From the IMG/VR virus record IMGVR_UViG_3300042905_002653, positions 1 to 53,647 of that record: a stretch of DNA of 53,647 nucleotides, one strand, 5' to 3'. Numbering within the stretch: the first letter of the stretch is position 1; each line of letters begins with the position of its first letter. The notes beneath the pieces were generated by a model. That model ran no database searches. It was not told the origin of the DNA and was given only the letters and a program-made list of their open reading frames with translations. Source of the DNA: a virus. Taxonomy: Duplodnaviria > Caudoviricetes. A program made the position numbers and the translations under genes. Below are positions 53,175 through 53,647 of this stretch, one piece after another.

Positions 53175-53561
53175 TCAGAACGGCGGATCTTCGTCAGGCA
53201 CATACCCGCCGCCACCGTTGCTGGCTGGTGCGGCCGGATGGCTCTCGTTGTCACCCTTGCTGCCAAGCAGGCTCAGGCGCTCCACGTTCACCACGAACTT
53301 CTGCCGTTTTTCACCGGTCGTCTTGTCCACCCACCGCTCGGTAGACAGCCGACCGGTCACAGCAATCTGGCTGCCCTTCTTCACATAATCAGCCGCGATC
53401 TGTGCAGTCTTGCCCCAGATCTTCAACTCAAACCAGTCCGGCTCATCACCTTTCTTGGCAGCATTCACCGCCAAGCTCAGATTGGCAACCATGCTGCCGC
53501 TCTCGAAATACTTAAGCTCCGGGTCGCGGCCGGCCCGGCCGACCAAAGTGATCACATTCAT
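53175..53561 (-). CDS. ssb: Bacterial-type (cyanobacterial-like) SSB
   Basis: LVGRAGRDPELKYFESG, DWF...WGKTAQIAADYVKKGS, tail DPPF. Confidence 0.92.
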   Translation of the reverse strand: MNVITLVGRAGRDPELKYFESGSMVANLSLAVNAAKKGDEPDWFELKIWGKTAQIAADYVKKGSQIAVTGRLSTERWVDKTTGEKRQKFVVNVERLSLLGSKGDNESHPAAPASNGGGGYVPDEDPPF

Positions 53562-53647
53562 GGGATTTCAGTTCTGGAAGTGGATGGTAATCAGTCAGCC
53601 CAACCGGCAGGTGCCGGGGCTGTCTCTGCTGGTGCTGGTTCGGCGGT

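Overview
GC-rich phage DNA throughout; the host is inferred to be a picocyanobacterium (Cyanobium/Synechococcus-like). The core is an apparently complete 45,976-bp T7-like (Autographivirus-type) temperate phage unit, mostly on the minus strand: ArdC and small early genes, two winged-helix regulators, tyrosine integrase, an unrecombined-looking attP holding the 5' half of a CAT-anticodon tRNA, single-subunit RNA polymerase, gp2.5-type SSB, RusA, small replication-region genes, an adenine MTase, gp6 exonuclease, portal, scaffold, capsid, tail tubes, internal virion proteins, tail fibres, lysis genes and terminase. It is bracketed by a ~3.2-kb direct repeat (2351-5577 = 48327-51553), and the flanks (1-2350, 51554-53647) look like the small-gene region of a second phage. 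Main oddities: (1) no recognisable DNA polymerase, primase-helicase or gp3 endonuclease, with a putative initiator/loader pair plus RusA in their place; (2) a 14-bp palindrome CTGCA-N4-TGCAG in front of about a dozen transcription units, including late genes; (3) the unit is joined to the second phage through shared homology rather than its attP (real cointegrate or assembly chimera); (4) terL is inverted relative to terS; (5) a Fur-box-like array at the early promoter. All calls come from reading the sequence and recalled motifs; no searches were run.
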